From: Eledone cirrhosa
Lineage: Eukaryota
Assembly (NCBI GenBank): GCA_964016885.1
Contig: OZ024747.1
Span: 38,998,001 to 39,062,000 of the forward strand
Reading direction: 5' to 3'
DNA length: 64,000 nt
Part shown: positions 27,283 through 41,857 of the stretch, piece after piece
Numbering within the stretch: position 1 is the first letter of the stretch
How the letters are laid out: each line of letters opens with the position of its first letter
Notes under the pieces: model-generated
The model's input: the letters and a program-made list of their open reading frames with translations, nothing else
What the model was told of the DNA's origin: nothing
Database searches by the model: none
Program-made: the position numbers and the translations under genes

Positions 27283-29512
27283 TAAATAATAACTGCTCGT
27301 GTATTAATGTGTGTGTGTGTGTGTGTGTGTGCATTTGTGGCTGAGTGATTGAGTGTTTTATTAAAATGAAACTGTGCTTTATCATACTTATCACCCCAGT
27401 AGAGAAGGACAAACACATATCACTAAACACCTTAAAGAAACGGGCATTCCCTTCCCATGAGAATTATATAGCAGGACAATCGTACCATATGTTTAATTTT
27501 AATCCACCTATATATCTCCCTCTCTCTCTCTGTTTCTGTATGTATATATATTTAGCAATCATATATTCCCTCAATATCGCACTCTCTCTGTTTCTTCCCC
27601 CCCCCCTCTCTCTCTCTCTCGATATATATATCTGTGTGTGTGTGTGTAGTGTGTGTGTATGTGTTTATATCAATCATATGTGCATATTTATTTGAAAATA
27701 TTCTTCATAGGAGTATATATATGTATATAATTGATCATTCAACTACAGTTATGAATGATATATTTTGTCATTATCTTGTTGTTTTATCATATATATATAA
27801 TTGAATATCTGAAGTGGTTTGGGGGCAGTCTTGCGTTATTTATGCTTATCTGAAAATGGTCGATTGGAAGAACATTACAAATATAGATATTGTATACTAT
27901 CAAGATCAGGTATCTAATCATATATTGCCTACTCACACGTAATTATATACACACAGACATGCACAGCTACGTATATCTCTCTCTTTCTCTATATATATGT
28001 CTATATAGTTCTCTCTTTATATGCGCACAATCACGTAGACACATTTACACACACACACACATACACACATTTACCCCCCCCCCCCACACACACACATACA
28101 CGCATTTACACACACACACACATATATATATATATATGACTAGTTGTGTGTATGTGTCTGTGTGTGGATCGGCGTGTGTCTAAGTGTGTGTGTGTGTCTG
28201 CGTGAGAGTCGGTTTATATTTGTGAGTTTGATATTTATAGATAATGTAGATATGCCTACTGATGTATACTAAGGAATGGACGTTGACAAAGGAGAATGTT
28301 ATTACAATGACAGGAAAAAATGCATCGTGATCAACTGACAGATAGAAACACATAGTTTTAGACATTTACATATGTAAACAAAGCGCCAGGTGATACTCTG
28401 AAAAACACAATACGCGATGAATTCCTGTCTAGAAAATACTGCTAAAGACAGATTCAACACTTAGAACATAGAGATATTCGCAACATGAGACTTACAGAAG
28501 CAAATGAATGAAATATTTATAAATATATATATATGTATATATGTATATAAATATATATATATAATAAGGGTTGACGGACCCAGCATATTTATCAATGCCA
28601 GTACCGGTTGTATCTCAGCGAACTCGATGGTCAATGTAAGATACATTACTAGAGTATGCACAAAGTTATTTGCTTCAACAAAATACACGTAAAACGGGTG
28701 CCTATAAGGTTCCTGGACTCGAGTTTCTGCCTCACTAATGCAGCAGTAAGGTGCACTGCACCATCTGTCTGCATATTATGCAACATAGCTGTATGATATT
28801 ATAAACACTCACTAAAATTAAATATAACCAATGTAATGGAAAAGATAACAATAATAATAATACTCTCAACACATGCTCATTTGAACATTACAGAAACAAT
28901 TGTCACTCTACGTCCACCATAAACTCATAATTTTAATACACAAACACCTTTGCCTGCTTGATATGCTTGTAAACCTATGTTATTTTATGTGATACCTTTG
29001 CCATACAGTAATTATATATGCCTAGTACCATTGCTTGTTTCGTACCTAGCTGTCCTGTATATGCCTAACGCATTTGTACTCTCTATACTGCTTTAATCAT
29101 TATACCATTCTTTTGTAATCTCTTTCACGTGCATTCCACCCTGTGTGCCTCTTTAACTATTATACTGCTTCAATTATTATACCATTCTCTTGTAATCTCT
29201 GCCACATCCATTCCACTCTGTAACTACGAAACTGTTGATGACAACATCAATATCCATGTATCTATATGATTGTTCAGTTGAATAGGAAGTTAATTATATG
29301 TCCAAACTAAAGTTTGGAAGAAACGATTGTCAGCCTTAAAATGATGTGAACATAGTTTTGATTATTGTTTAATTTATATTCCTGCTCTGTAAAACATCTG
29401 ATGCATTTACATTGAGCTATGTTTCTTAATGTTAATAAGGTAGTAATAAATTACTGACCTTTCCTGTTTATAGTTGTATATAGTGTATATATAACTATAA
29501 ATAATATTATAA

Positions 29513-32293
<2,781 letters not shown>

Positions 32294-32355
32294 ATATATA
32301 TGCATATATATATTTCGTTTCTGAATTTGTTTAGCAAGATTCTTTATTTGAAAAC

Positions 32356-32757
32356 ATGTGTTGGAAGAAGATGATTGAACATGCGGTGGGGGCCAGCATA
32401 AAATTAACCCTCAAGGAGCATATGTTCAAATTTAATGGAAAAACATATGCCCAGGAGGAGGGAGCAGCCATTGGTGTTAGCATTGCAGGCGACATAGCTA
32501 ACCTATTCATGGTATGGTGGGACAGTAGACTTAAACTTAAACTTAAAGAACAATTAGAAGACACCTTAACCCTGATAATGTACTCTCGCTACGTTGATGA
32601 TATAAACATCGTAGTTAAAACACCCCCACTAGACAACAGTCAGGAATTGGAGAAAAACACAATGGAAAGCATCCAGCAAATAGCAAAACTCCATCAACCA
32701 GAGTATTAGAGTTACTAAAGACTACCCAAGCAAACACCCCAACCATCGATTACCTGT
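32356..32757 (+). mobile_element. PLE reverse transcriptase fragment
   Basis: GAAIGVSIAGDIANLFMVWW..YSRYVDDI; diverged paralog of the 34166-36022 ORF. Confidence 0.9.
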
Positions 32758-32760
32758 ACA

Positions 32761-33024
32761 TCAATGATGTTAATAAATGGAAACTATATTTATAAAACTA
32801 TATTTATTCTATTATATATATATTACAAGGGTACCAAAACTTTCGTACGTTCTCATCAGATAACATACAAAGATTGTTTTATAAATATTGACATATCCAG
32901 GAACGAGATCTCATCGGTTCAAGTTTGTCCTGGATACCTCAAGTTTTTCCGGGTACCCTTCAAATATATATGATAGAATAAATATGGTTTTATAAATATA
33001 ATTTCCATTTATTAATATCATTGA
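32761..33024. repeat. Fold-back element with ~80-bp imperfect inverted arms
   Basis: TCAATGATGTTAATAAATGGAAACTATATT...GGGTACC vs GGTACCC...AATATAATTTCCATTTATTAATATCATTGA; same terminus at 22411-22445; internal CTGATGAGAACGTACGAAA on minus strand. Confidence 0.7.
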
Positions 33025-33134
33025 TATTATACTCCTGAAAACTTGTCGAGTACTTCGAATCAGTTATAAATATAAATATTTGTAGAATTACCAACAAATT
33101 AAATATCCCTTTGCTTATATACATACATACACAC

Positions 33135-33234
<100 letters not shown>

Positions 33235-33240
33235 CATGAA

Positions 33241-33406
33241 CTCCGGCCGTTTCCACAGCTAGATCCGAGTTCGGATATAGCTATCGAAACGGCCGAAGCT
33301 CAGCGGTCGGGGTCCTGAATGTATTCATATAACCCACTCTACTACCCCAAGTATCGTGTACGCTCGTGGGTTATGGTCCACCTTGATTTTACCATACCCT
33401 ATCTGA
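33241..33406 (+). repeat. Short hairpin-bearing repeat ending CCCTATCTGA(TA)n
   Basis: Homologous to 14300-14481, 36651-36760 and 36147-36180. Confidence 0.7.
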
Positions 33407-33656
33407 TATATATATATATGTATATATGTATATATGTATATATATATATTGTTATACTTGGGGAGAGTCATATTTGTGTAATATTGCCAGAAATAATAAC
33501 AGAACACACTCACTGTTTGGTTGGTTTTCGCTTTTCGCTTCTGTGTCTTTTATATCGGTAATCTAATTTATTCGGTCCTCAATGTTGCCATTGACTGACA
33601 GACGGTCAAAAATAATACAGATACAATATAGGCACAAACACATATATATATAGTTT

Positions 33657-33698
33657 ATCAAAGTTCTTTCGTTGCACATCTGCAACATCATCAGTGGT
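33657..33698 (-). ncRNA. Type I hammerhead ribozyme in PLE pLTR
   Basis: Minus ACCA-CTGATGA-T-GTTGCA-GATG-TGCAAC-GAAA-GAAC-TT-TGAT; 6-bp stem II, one stem I mismatch. Confidence 0.8.
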
Positions 33699-33943
33699 GC
33701 TATTGTTTCCTCCCGTTACATTGTATGTCTACGCCATTTTTATTTAGTCTGTCTATATATTTATTTATGTATTTGTTTGTTTGTTTATTTTATTTTGTCT
33801 TCTTTGCGCATGCGTTTGCGTGTGTGTATAGTGTTTTGTTTGATGTGTGTTCGTGATTGGGTGACTAGTGTGTGTTTATATGTGTTTGTTGTTATTGTGC
33901 TTGTGTATGTATTTATTCATTTATTTATCTATTATTTATTTAT

Positions 33944-36091
33944 TTATACTTCTCTTTGGTCATTGTTGTTTGTTTGGGTGTTGTTGATATTCCATTCATT
34001 CTTTCTGTTTAGTCTTGGCCTTCTAAGTTCTATTTCACTGGCCTCTCTGATTCGCCTATCTGCTGGGTCGTTTCTATGTTTAGATATTATTCTAATTTCT
34101 ATGTTGTCTAGGTTACCATTGTGTTGTTGTCTGGCATGTTCGTATAGTACTGACCCGTTTTTTCGTCATTTTGGTTCCCCCCTGTGTTGGTCTATCCTTT
34201 CACCTATGCTACGAGCTGTCTCGCCTATGTATGTTGTTGTCATGTTTCTGCAAGTACCCTCTGTACATCTTATGCTATAGACTACGTTTCTAGTTTTACA
34301 GTTTATCCGGGGGTTTACCTTACATATGATACATTTCCTATTAGTACAGTGGGTTTTCTTAAAAGGGTAGGTTTTGCTGATCAGGGATTTTATGGTGGTT
34401 CCTGGCTTTTCTACCACCTTAATCTTTAAGTGGGTCTTTCTCAGGGCCTTTCTACACTGGTTAGCTAATTTCCCTCCAGGGGTAGCGTCCACAAACATGA
34501 CACTCTGGTATCTCTGGTTGTCGTACCATGAGGTGGCTTTCTCTATCTTATGTCTACCCCTATCTAAGCTATTCCATGATTTGCTCCTGTATAATGGGGA
34601 AATTCCATTCATGTCCAGTTCTATGAGGGTCTTATACTTCTCCATGGCTCCTTCGTATACACTGACTCTGTCTCTTTGGTTGTAGCCAGAGAACTGCATG
34701 CGGTTGATGAAGTGTTGGATGTGTCTTTCCATTTCTGTTGGGTCACACATGCGGGACACATTCTTCATCACTTGTACCACATCTGCGATCAGAATATTAA
34801 ACTTAGCACTACCTGACATTGATGAGTTTTTGAGTATCAGGTATTTGGAGGCCATGGGTTTAGCATAGTGTGAGTGGAGGATTTGGGCTCTCTCGTCTAT
34901 AGTGTTAATCCAGAGTTCCGTGTCTAATACAGGTAGTCTATTGTTAGGTTGTTTGGAAGGGAAGTCGATAGTTACATTTATACTCTGGTGTATGGAATTA
35001 GCTATCTGCTGGATGCTTTCCATTGTGCTACGTTCTAAATCAAACTTGTTAGTGCTCTCTAGTGGGGATGTTCTTATAACTATATTAATATCGTCTACAT
35101 AACGAGAGTACATGATGAGGTTTATGGAGCTCTCATTAAGGAGATCTTTAAGTCTCCTTTCCCACCATACCATGAAGAGTTTGGCAACATCACCAGCTAT
35201 GCTGACGCCAATGGCTGCTCCCTCATTTTGGGTGTAGATCTTCTCGTTGAACTTGAATATGTGGTCCTTTAGGGTAGTTTTGATACTAGACCCTATTGCA
35301 TGTGCGACCATTTTTCTTACCTGATCATTGTTTTGGGGGGTCCGTATAGCTTTGGTCCCAATCCACCTTCCCATGGGAGTCATTTTTGAAATTGAGGTTA
35401 TGGTGGGGGGTCTACCTCTTATGGGTCTACTAGGCCAGAAACGTCTAAGGCCATGGCTGTCTACGTAGTCAATGTCGTAGGTAAGTCTAAGTAGGAGGCC
35501 CAGTTCGTCTGTGTCGACGTCCCAGAACTCCACCTCACTCTCAATGATCATCTCCACACATTTTTCCACAGCAAAATCAATGTTAATGGATGGGTACAGT
35601 GATACCACATCCATGCTGCCTATTATGCAGTTGGATAGGTTCCTGATTTTGTTGTACTCACTGATTCTGCTGAGGAGTTCCTCTGTACTGTCACATACAT
35701 TTGGGGACATCTTGATTATGGGGCGTATAACCATTGAGAGCAAATAAAAGATCCTGTAGTTGCTAGCTATACTAGCTCCGCATACGGGTCTTGTTGGTGG
35801 TCCTGTTGTCGGGTCGTCGACTGTCTTGTGGTCTCTGCGGAGCCCATACAAGGGTGGTATGCCATTGTTAGACGCCTGGAAGTTTTTGGCAGTGCCTCTG
35901 CTTGGCTTTAGGATGTCAGTCCACATCATCATGTGAGCGTTGAGGATTTTCTCTGTCCCATCATGTGCGCTATTGAGGCTAACCAAGCCTTCTACAGGTT
36001 TCCTCCCAAGTTGTTGGGCCACTGGTCTGCTCTGTCTCTTAGTATACCGGTCTACTATTTGTCTAATCTTATTTCTAGCTATGGTGAACTG

Positions 36092-36096
<5 letters not shown>
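33944..36096 (-). pseudogene. PLE RT/GIY-YIG endonuclease ORF with one in-frame TGA (34166-34168)
   Basis: PPTRPVCGAS, SMDVVSLYPSI, GAAIGVSIAG, YSRYVDDI, LPVLD, CTNRKCIIC, NVVYSIRC, YIGETARS; frame continues RKNGSVLYEH...RRIREASEI...LNRKNEW to TAA at 33944. Confidence 0.9.
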
Positions 36097-36151
<55 letters not shown>

Positions 36152-36202
36152 TAGTGTATGGTAAAAACCAGGTGGACAAGAACTAATGATATAAATATAT
36201 TC

Positions 36203-36238
<36 letters not shown>

Positions 36239-36421
36239 CTATGAATATATTTATATCATTAGTTATTGTAAATATTTAAAGATATGTGTATATACATTAA
36301 TGAACTTAACAATGTATATATATACATATTAGTATTAATAATAAATGTGAAGACTAAAATATATATATGCAGAAGGATTAAATTATCAATGGACTTGAGG
36401 TATCATTTTATTCTTGAAAAA

Positions 36422-36478
36422 AACAATATATATTTCAAAAGCATCGTTAGGTAAGCATCTGTCGTGATCATCAGGTTG
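36422..36478 (-). ncRNA. Decayed hammerhead-like motif
   Basis: Minus AAC-CTGATGA...GAAA-TATATA-TT-GTT; stem II poorly paired. Confidence 0.35.
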
Positions 36479-36650
36479 GGATTGCATAATTAATAAATGA
36501 GTAAAATGAATTACAGCAAACCCAAACAGAGAACAGATAAAATATTTGATTCAGAATTGGTCCGAGAAACGAGTTTTTGTTGAAGCAGACCAGTCACGAA
36601 TAAAATATATATAGTTTTTTTGCAGCAATATCATTTAAAAAGATATCCCA

Positions 36651-36760
36651 GCGCAGCTGTCGGGGTCTTGAATCTCTTCATATTACCCACTCTACTACCC
36701 CAAGTAGCGAGTATTCAGGTGGGTTATGGCCCAACCGGTATTTTACCACACCCTATCTGA
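36651..36760 (+). repeat. Copy of the CCCTATCTGA(TA)n repeat
   Basis: GTCGGGGTC..ACCCACTCTACTACCCCAAGTA..GGGTTATGG..TTTTACCACACCCTATCTGA shared with 33300-33406. Confidence 0.75.
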
Positions 36761-37060
36761 TATATATATATACATAGTAATAATAATAAATTTGAAGACT
36801 AAAATCCAAAGAGGGCTCGATAGGGATAAATTGTTTTCACCGCACTAAAAAATGACTTCGTTTTTTTCCGTTCCTTGCCAGGCAACGTTTCCACGAACCA
36901 AAGTATCGTCTTCCTCTCTTCCTTCTATTGTAGCCTTTTTTTGAAATATTTAATTCTCCGTTCACAGATTGACATTTTTAGTTTCAGAAGATCCCGTTAA
37001 GGGTGAAAGCAGCGATTCTTTCCTTCAACTTTAATTTGTTATTTATATATATATATATAT

Positions 37061-38061
37061 ACATAAGGAACTATAAAAACAAAGACCAAGAATATAAGAT
37101 TAGGTGGTCCAAATTATCCGTAGCCAGGCCCTACAGCAACGGAATGTCCCACTGCGGACTTTGTAATTTAGAACTACTCCATATTTTAATGTACGATAAG
37201 ATGCTGCTTAACAGCAAAATAGAAAGATCGATGTTCTCTAGGCATAAAATAGCTACCAGATTCACAAACTTCAATCCGCCGTGATTCGAACCAGCAATCA
37301 ATAAATTAGAACTGAACCACTTGGATTTTAGCATATAGAATATACACCATCACACTGCTATTAGCTGTCAAACGGCCAACTGGTCACTGGATCATACATC
37401 TCTAAACATCTCTTTCACTCTCTTTCCTTGAAACAGCATCAACTCCATTAAGATAAGACAATCAGCAAAGCATTTACCACGCACGTTTGTCAAACCTCCC
37501 TTCATAATCCAACCCTAGCCCTTAAATCTCATACTTGTATCCCACAATTATCTCTAATTTATTGCTTTTTTATTTTATTTCATCTGTCACTACATCAGAC
37601 TCTCTACACGTATCTATGTATATTTCAAATTTGGCTTTTCATGTAAGCACTAAACCCACCAAAGTATCCTTATAAGCACACTTACTCACCACCACCACAA
37701 ACATACTCTGTACTTACATGCTCTCACTTATCTTTATTTCTTTCTTTATACTTTCCATTTTCTTATTTTCTCACTTTTTTAAAGTATCCTATCTCATATT
37801 TTACTTCTTAATTTTTACATCTGTAACTTCTCTACCTATTTACCATATATGTTTTATAATTGATGATAGCTTGCCTCGAGTGAATTACTTTTATATCTAC
37901 GTACTCTGATGCGTTGATCAGAGGTAAATAATGTAATGGAGATCGAGTGACGCAACTTCAAGTGATTAGCGATCTCTAGACTCACCTGATCAACGAAACA
38001 ATTGACAGTACTTGAAATAAATCCCCTTATTGTACAGCCAACCATGTTACTCGTCATTCTT

Positions 38062-38066
<5 letters not shown>
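37061..38066 (+). mobile_element. Naiad-like PLE 3' fragment (endonuclease C-terminus, UTR, hammerhead) in (TA)n
   Basis: YKIRWSKL..PYSNGMSHCGLCNLELLHIL..LLNSKIERSMFSRHK; stop at 37284. Confidence 0.8.
37901..38011 (+). ncRNA. Type I hammerhead with long stem II insertion (two core substitutions)
   Basis: GTACT-CTGATGC-GTTGATCA..TGATCAAC-GAAA-CAATTG-AC-AGTAC. Confidence 0.75.
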
Positions 38067-38140
<74 letters not shown>

Positions 38141-38382
38141 GTGTGTGGGGGTGTTACAGAGAGAGAGAGATGCATAGCGATATATGTGTTCAGATAATCT
38201 AATGGTGTGAATATCGAAATAGTGATAGGAGTTGATGCGAATGGCCTTTAATAAATAATGTTTGAATAAACGATGTAATATCTAAAAAATGAGACCACGG
38301 AATAAATCATTTTCAACTTTGAAGACGTCTCAAAATTTCTAAATTGTTATTATTCTCCACGAAAATATAAATTATATTGTAA

Positions 38383-39333
38383 TCTATATATATAAAACTG
38401 TGGTTGTCTGTCTGTCTATCGATTTTTGGCACACATCTCATCTTAGAATCTCTCACGGAATTGCACCGAAATTGCTATACTTGTACATTGATCCCTAGCG
38501 AAGACATCGGAAAAAAGAAATTTCAAATTGACCCACCCTATGTGACGAAATCGAATATAATGTATCGATTTTTGAGCGTAAGTTATCAGTTATTTCCCTT
38601 TGTTCTGTTTACATTGAGCGTCTTACGTAAAAAATTACGCTGGCTTTCTCAGCGTTTAAAATGACATTAACACAATACACGAACAGTTGTCGTCGAGCCA
38701 GCAAAATATTGACCTGCAAAATTCATCAGTTCGAACACTAAGCTTCCGTTTTGCTTCATTTCCATTTAAAAGCATTTTAAAACAATATTTTTACTTGAAA
38801 ACAAGTCTATTTAAAGACTACGTAAAACAAGCAAATATTTCGTCGTTAGGCGTGCAGACAGACAGTCGTGCAGACAGACAGTCGTGCAGAGAGGTGATAT
38901 ACGCGTGCAGACAGATAGTCGTGCAGAGAGGTGATATAGGCGTGCAGACAGACAGTCGTGCAGAGAGGTGATATAAGCGTGCAGACAGACAGTCGTGCAG
39001 AGAGGTGATATAGGCGTGCAGACAGACATAACTGATAATTTGGTTACGCTAATGTTTTTCTCTGCGTTGCAGTGTTTACATTTTCGATCTTTGTTAATAA
39101 ATAACCAGTGCAGTTTCTATCCCCAGCATCCTCTTTTGTTATAACATTCGGGTTATCGTTATGTTTTCTTAACTTCATAAGGCATATTGTTGGTTGAGGG
39201 AATATTAATCAAAAACACCACATGCAAGTCTGCACAGTAGACACTACAGTTTTTAAGCCAAGAAAGAAACTTAACATTGTAACTTTAACACAGCTACTGA
39301 GCGACCCCGAGCATCGCCGAGCTTTACTGCTAG
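38383..39333 (+). mobile_element. Non-autonomous Helitron
   Basis: A|TCTATATATATAAAA start, (GTCT)n, subterminal CCCGAGCATCGCCGAG hairpin-like motif, CTAG|T end. Confidence 0.85.
38848..39028 (+). repeat. 37-bp minisatellite (~4.5 copies) inside the Helitron
   Basis: Unit AGGCGTGCAGACAGACAGTCGTGCAGAGAGGTGATAT; CGTGCAGAC recurs at 38904, 38941, 38978. Confidence 0.9.
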
Positions 39334-40185
39334 TTAAATATAAAATTGGTCTCTCTCAATGCTACGTAAATCTCTGTTCATGTAAACACAGTGCTTTGGG
39401 GTTCTGTATAATATGTTTTACCACATTATAAAGGTTGAATGTTTGAATATAAAAACAAAACATGCTGATCATACATTTCCATTTTTATCTTAAACTCCAA
39501 GGGAAAAATTGATTCATGTTATGAAGTCAACTTGGATTACAGTTGTTCAGGAGAATTGTACTGCGTATCTATGGCGGTTTGTGAATTAATCAACACGGCA
39601 CATGCGATAGGATCATGCTTGATAAACTATTAGGTAACACTCTCAAATGTGATAGAGTTCACATCTACAGGAAATACGTCGTTATATTTGTGCAGAACAG
39701 ATTTATTCTTTAAAGGAATATCTTTAGGATCATATAGATACACTTTATTACGCTCATCACCTTAAACCGCATTTGTTAGATTAATGTAAATGCAATGTCC
39801 AAAATAAATGGACCAATCTTCCTAATTCAAGACATTTTTTACCTAAGATTTGGTTTTTGATTTTAAGAAGTATTATAAAGAAAATATCATGAATTTTGCT
39901 AAAACATTTTCAACCTTACCACATTCACAGCTAACCACTAGCACATTAAACAGTAAATAACCATTTGTAAACTTCATAACTATTTAAAAGGTACTCAGTT
40001 TTATCTAAATACATAAAAATGTGTTTCTTCCTGTGATTGTGTGTTACAGGTAGTTTTCAATTCCTGATTACAATCTAGTTAATATAAATCCATAAACAGC
40101 AACACATTCTATTCTCACTCCTTGAATATTTTTGCAATAATAATCAAAATTGACACAGATACGTATATAGATTTACAATTATATA

Positions 40186-40317
<132 letters not shown>

Positions 40318-40409
40318 ATACACACACATACACCCCATATATATATATATATATATGTAAATACATATATATAAATATATACATATGCGTTGAAATTAGA
40401 ATTTTAAGT

Positions 40410-40932
40410 CCCTAAATCATAGGATGGAAAAACAAAAACAGATTACTAGTTAACTAACCTTCATCTTACCGTCCGTTTGCATTGTCTTATCCTTGTGGAG
40501 AGGAGGAGGGTTTGTTTTTATTTGTTGATATAGCTTTATATCCATAGCTGACATATTGTTCATCGATCCAGATAATAGAGAAAAGCAATAAGAATGACAT
40601 GATGCTGAATGAAAACAAAAGCAATATATACAAACACACACACACAGACCATAACTAAATATGGAATGATGCGCGATGCCCCCACCCCCCGCTCTCACAC
40701 ACACACAGCCCCGGCGGACAGAATGGAGAGGGCGTTTCCCCGGAGGACAGCAAGGGAGACGCGCCGGAAATGCCACTCCAACTCGCGGGGCTCACACCTG
40801 CGGCTGGCCAGCTCAGCGTCTATAGTGTTGACTAGGGAGGTAGCCCTAGGGCCTAGGACACGAAAATGTTTCACTCCCAGAGGTACAACCGCAAACCTGT
40901 CGGAGAGCGACCGGTATGTGATGAGTTTAGCC
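40410..40932 (-). mobile_element. CRE-clade (REL endonuclease) non-LTR retrotransposon 3' fragment
   Basis: Minus frame not in ORF track: AKLITYRSLSDRFAVVPLGVKHFRVLGPRATSLV...PRELEWHFRRVSLAVLRGNALSIL, matching the K..KY...F.P...E..G / R.S.A..RGNA C-terminus of CRE elements. Confidence 0.8.
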
Positions 40933-41819
40933 TTGTTATATTATCACATTCTACGTTATCTCTCTCTATATACAATTCTTTGTCTCCCTGTCTGTCTGTT
41001 CCTTTGCATTCTCAAACTGCTGGACCAAAAAAATATAATATTTTACCTAAAGTAATATTTCTATAAGGAACTATAGTAAACCACCACCACAACCACCACC
41101 ACCAGAGTCACCTTTTGTTATATGAGTGTGTATGTGTCTGTGAGCGAGTTCGTTACTACGTAACTTGCATAAACATTATCTTTACACACAGACAATTAAA
41201 CACACACACACACATCTACATATACAGATGCATATATGATGACTGACAGGTGTGCGTGAATGTATGTCTGTGTGTGTCTGTCTTAGTATATGTATGTGAG
41301 TGTATGTGAGAATGTGTGTGAGTGTATGAGAGTGTATGTATGTGTGAGTGTATGTGTGTGCGAGTGTATGTGTGAGTGTATGTGTGATAATGTTTATTTT
41401 CATTTGCATTAAAACAATAGAAACAACACCCCTTTGTCGCATTTTGTATATGAATATGTATGTGCGTGTGTGTGTGCGCGTTCATTAAGAAGTAATTATA
41501 TACACATACACATCTACACATATGTAGCAACTGACCAAAAATGAGGTTAAAGCTACGCGTGTGTCTGTGTGAGTGTATGTCTGTGTGTGTCTGTCTTAGT
41601 ATATGTATATGTATGTGTGTGAATGTGTAGCAACAATTTATTTATTTGGACACCAACAAAAAATTACATAATGAATATTGTTTACCCTGAGGTGCTTCAT
41701 TTCTCAATTCTATTATCATTACAATTTTGATATTTTAAAATAAAATATAGATATTTTGAAATAATTATGAGAAAAATAAACATAACCTTTTATTTATTGT
41801 TTACTAATCTGAATAAGAA

Positions 41820-41857
41820 CAGCAGTAACCCAGGACACGCCGAGTAATTCAGTTAGT
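41820..41857 (+). mobile_element. Degenerate Helitron 3' end
   Basis: CCCAGGACACGCCGAGTAATTCAGTTAGT resembles the 39305-39334 terminus. Confidence 0.45.

Larger units (their letters stand above)
33447..36097 (-). mobile_element. Penelope-like retroelement (RT + Cys linker + GIY-YIG), 5'-truncated at (TA)n, with 3' hammerhead
   Basis: 618-aa ORF continuing past one TGA; 3'UTR; HHR at 33657-33698. Confidence 0.92.

Noticed and set aside
29229-29316. Possible decayed hammerhead after a ~78-bp tandem duplication (29084-29221)
   Set aside because: Both core boxes mutated (TTGATGA, CAAA); cannot be supported by eye
33672-34280. 202-aa hydrophobic plus-strand ORF
   Set aside because: Antisense of the PLE endonuclease end and its A/C-rich UTR
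38848-39028. 37-bp repeats as a CRISPR array
   Set aside because: No unique spacers, no cas genes, eukaryotic context, inside a Helitron
40740-40870. HDV-like ribozyme or CpG-island promoter in the GC-rich block
   Set aside because: No consistent double pseudoknot found; explained as CRE coding sequence on the minus strand
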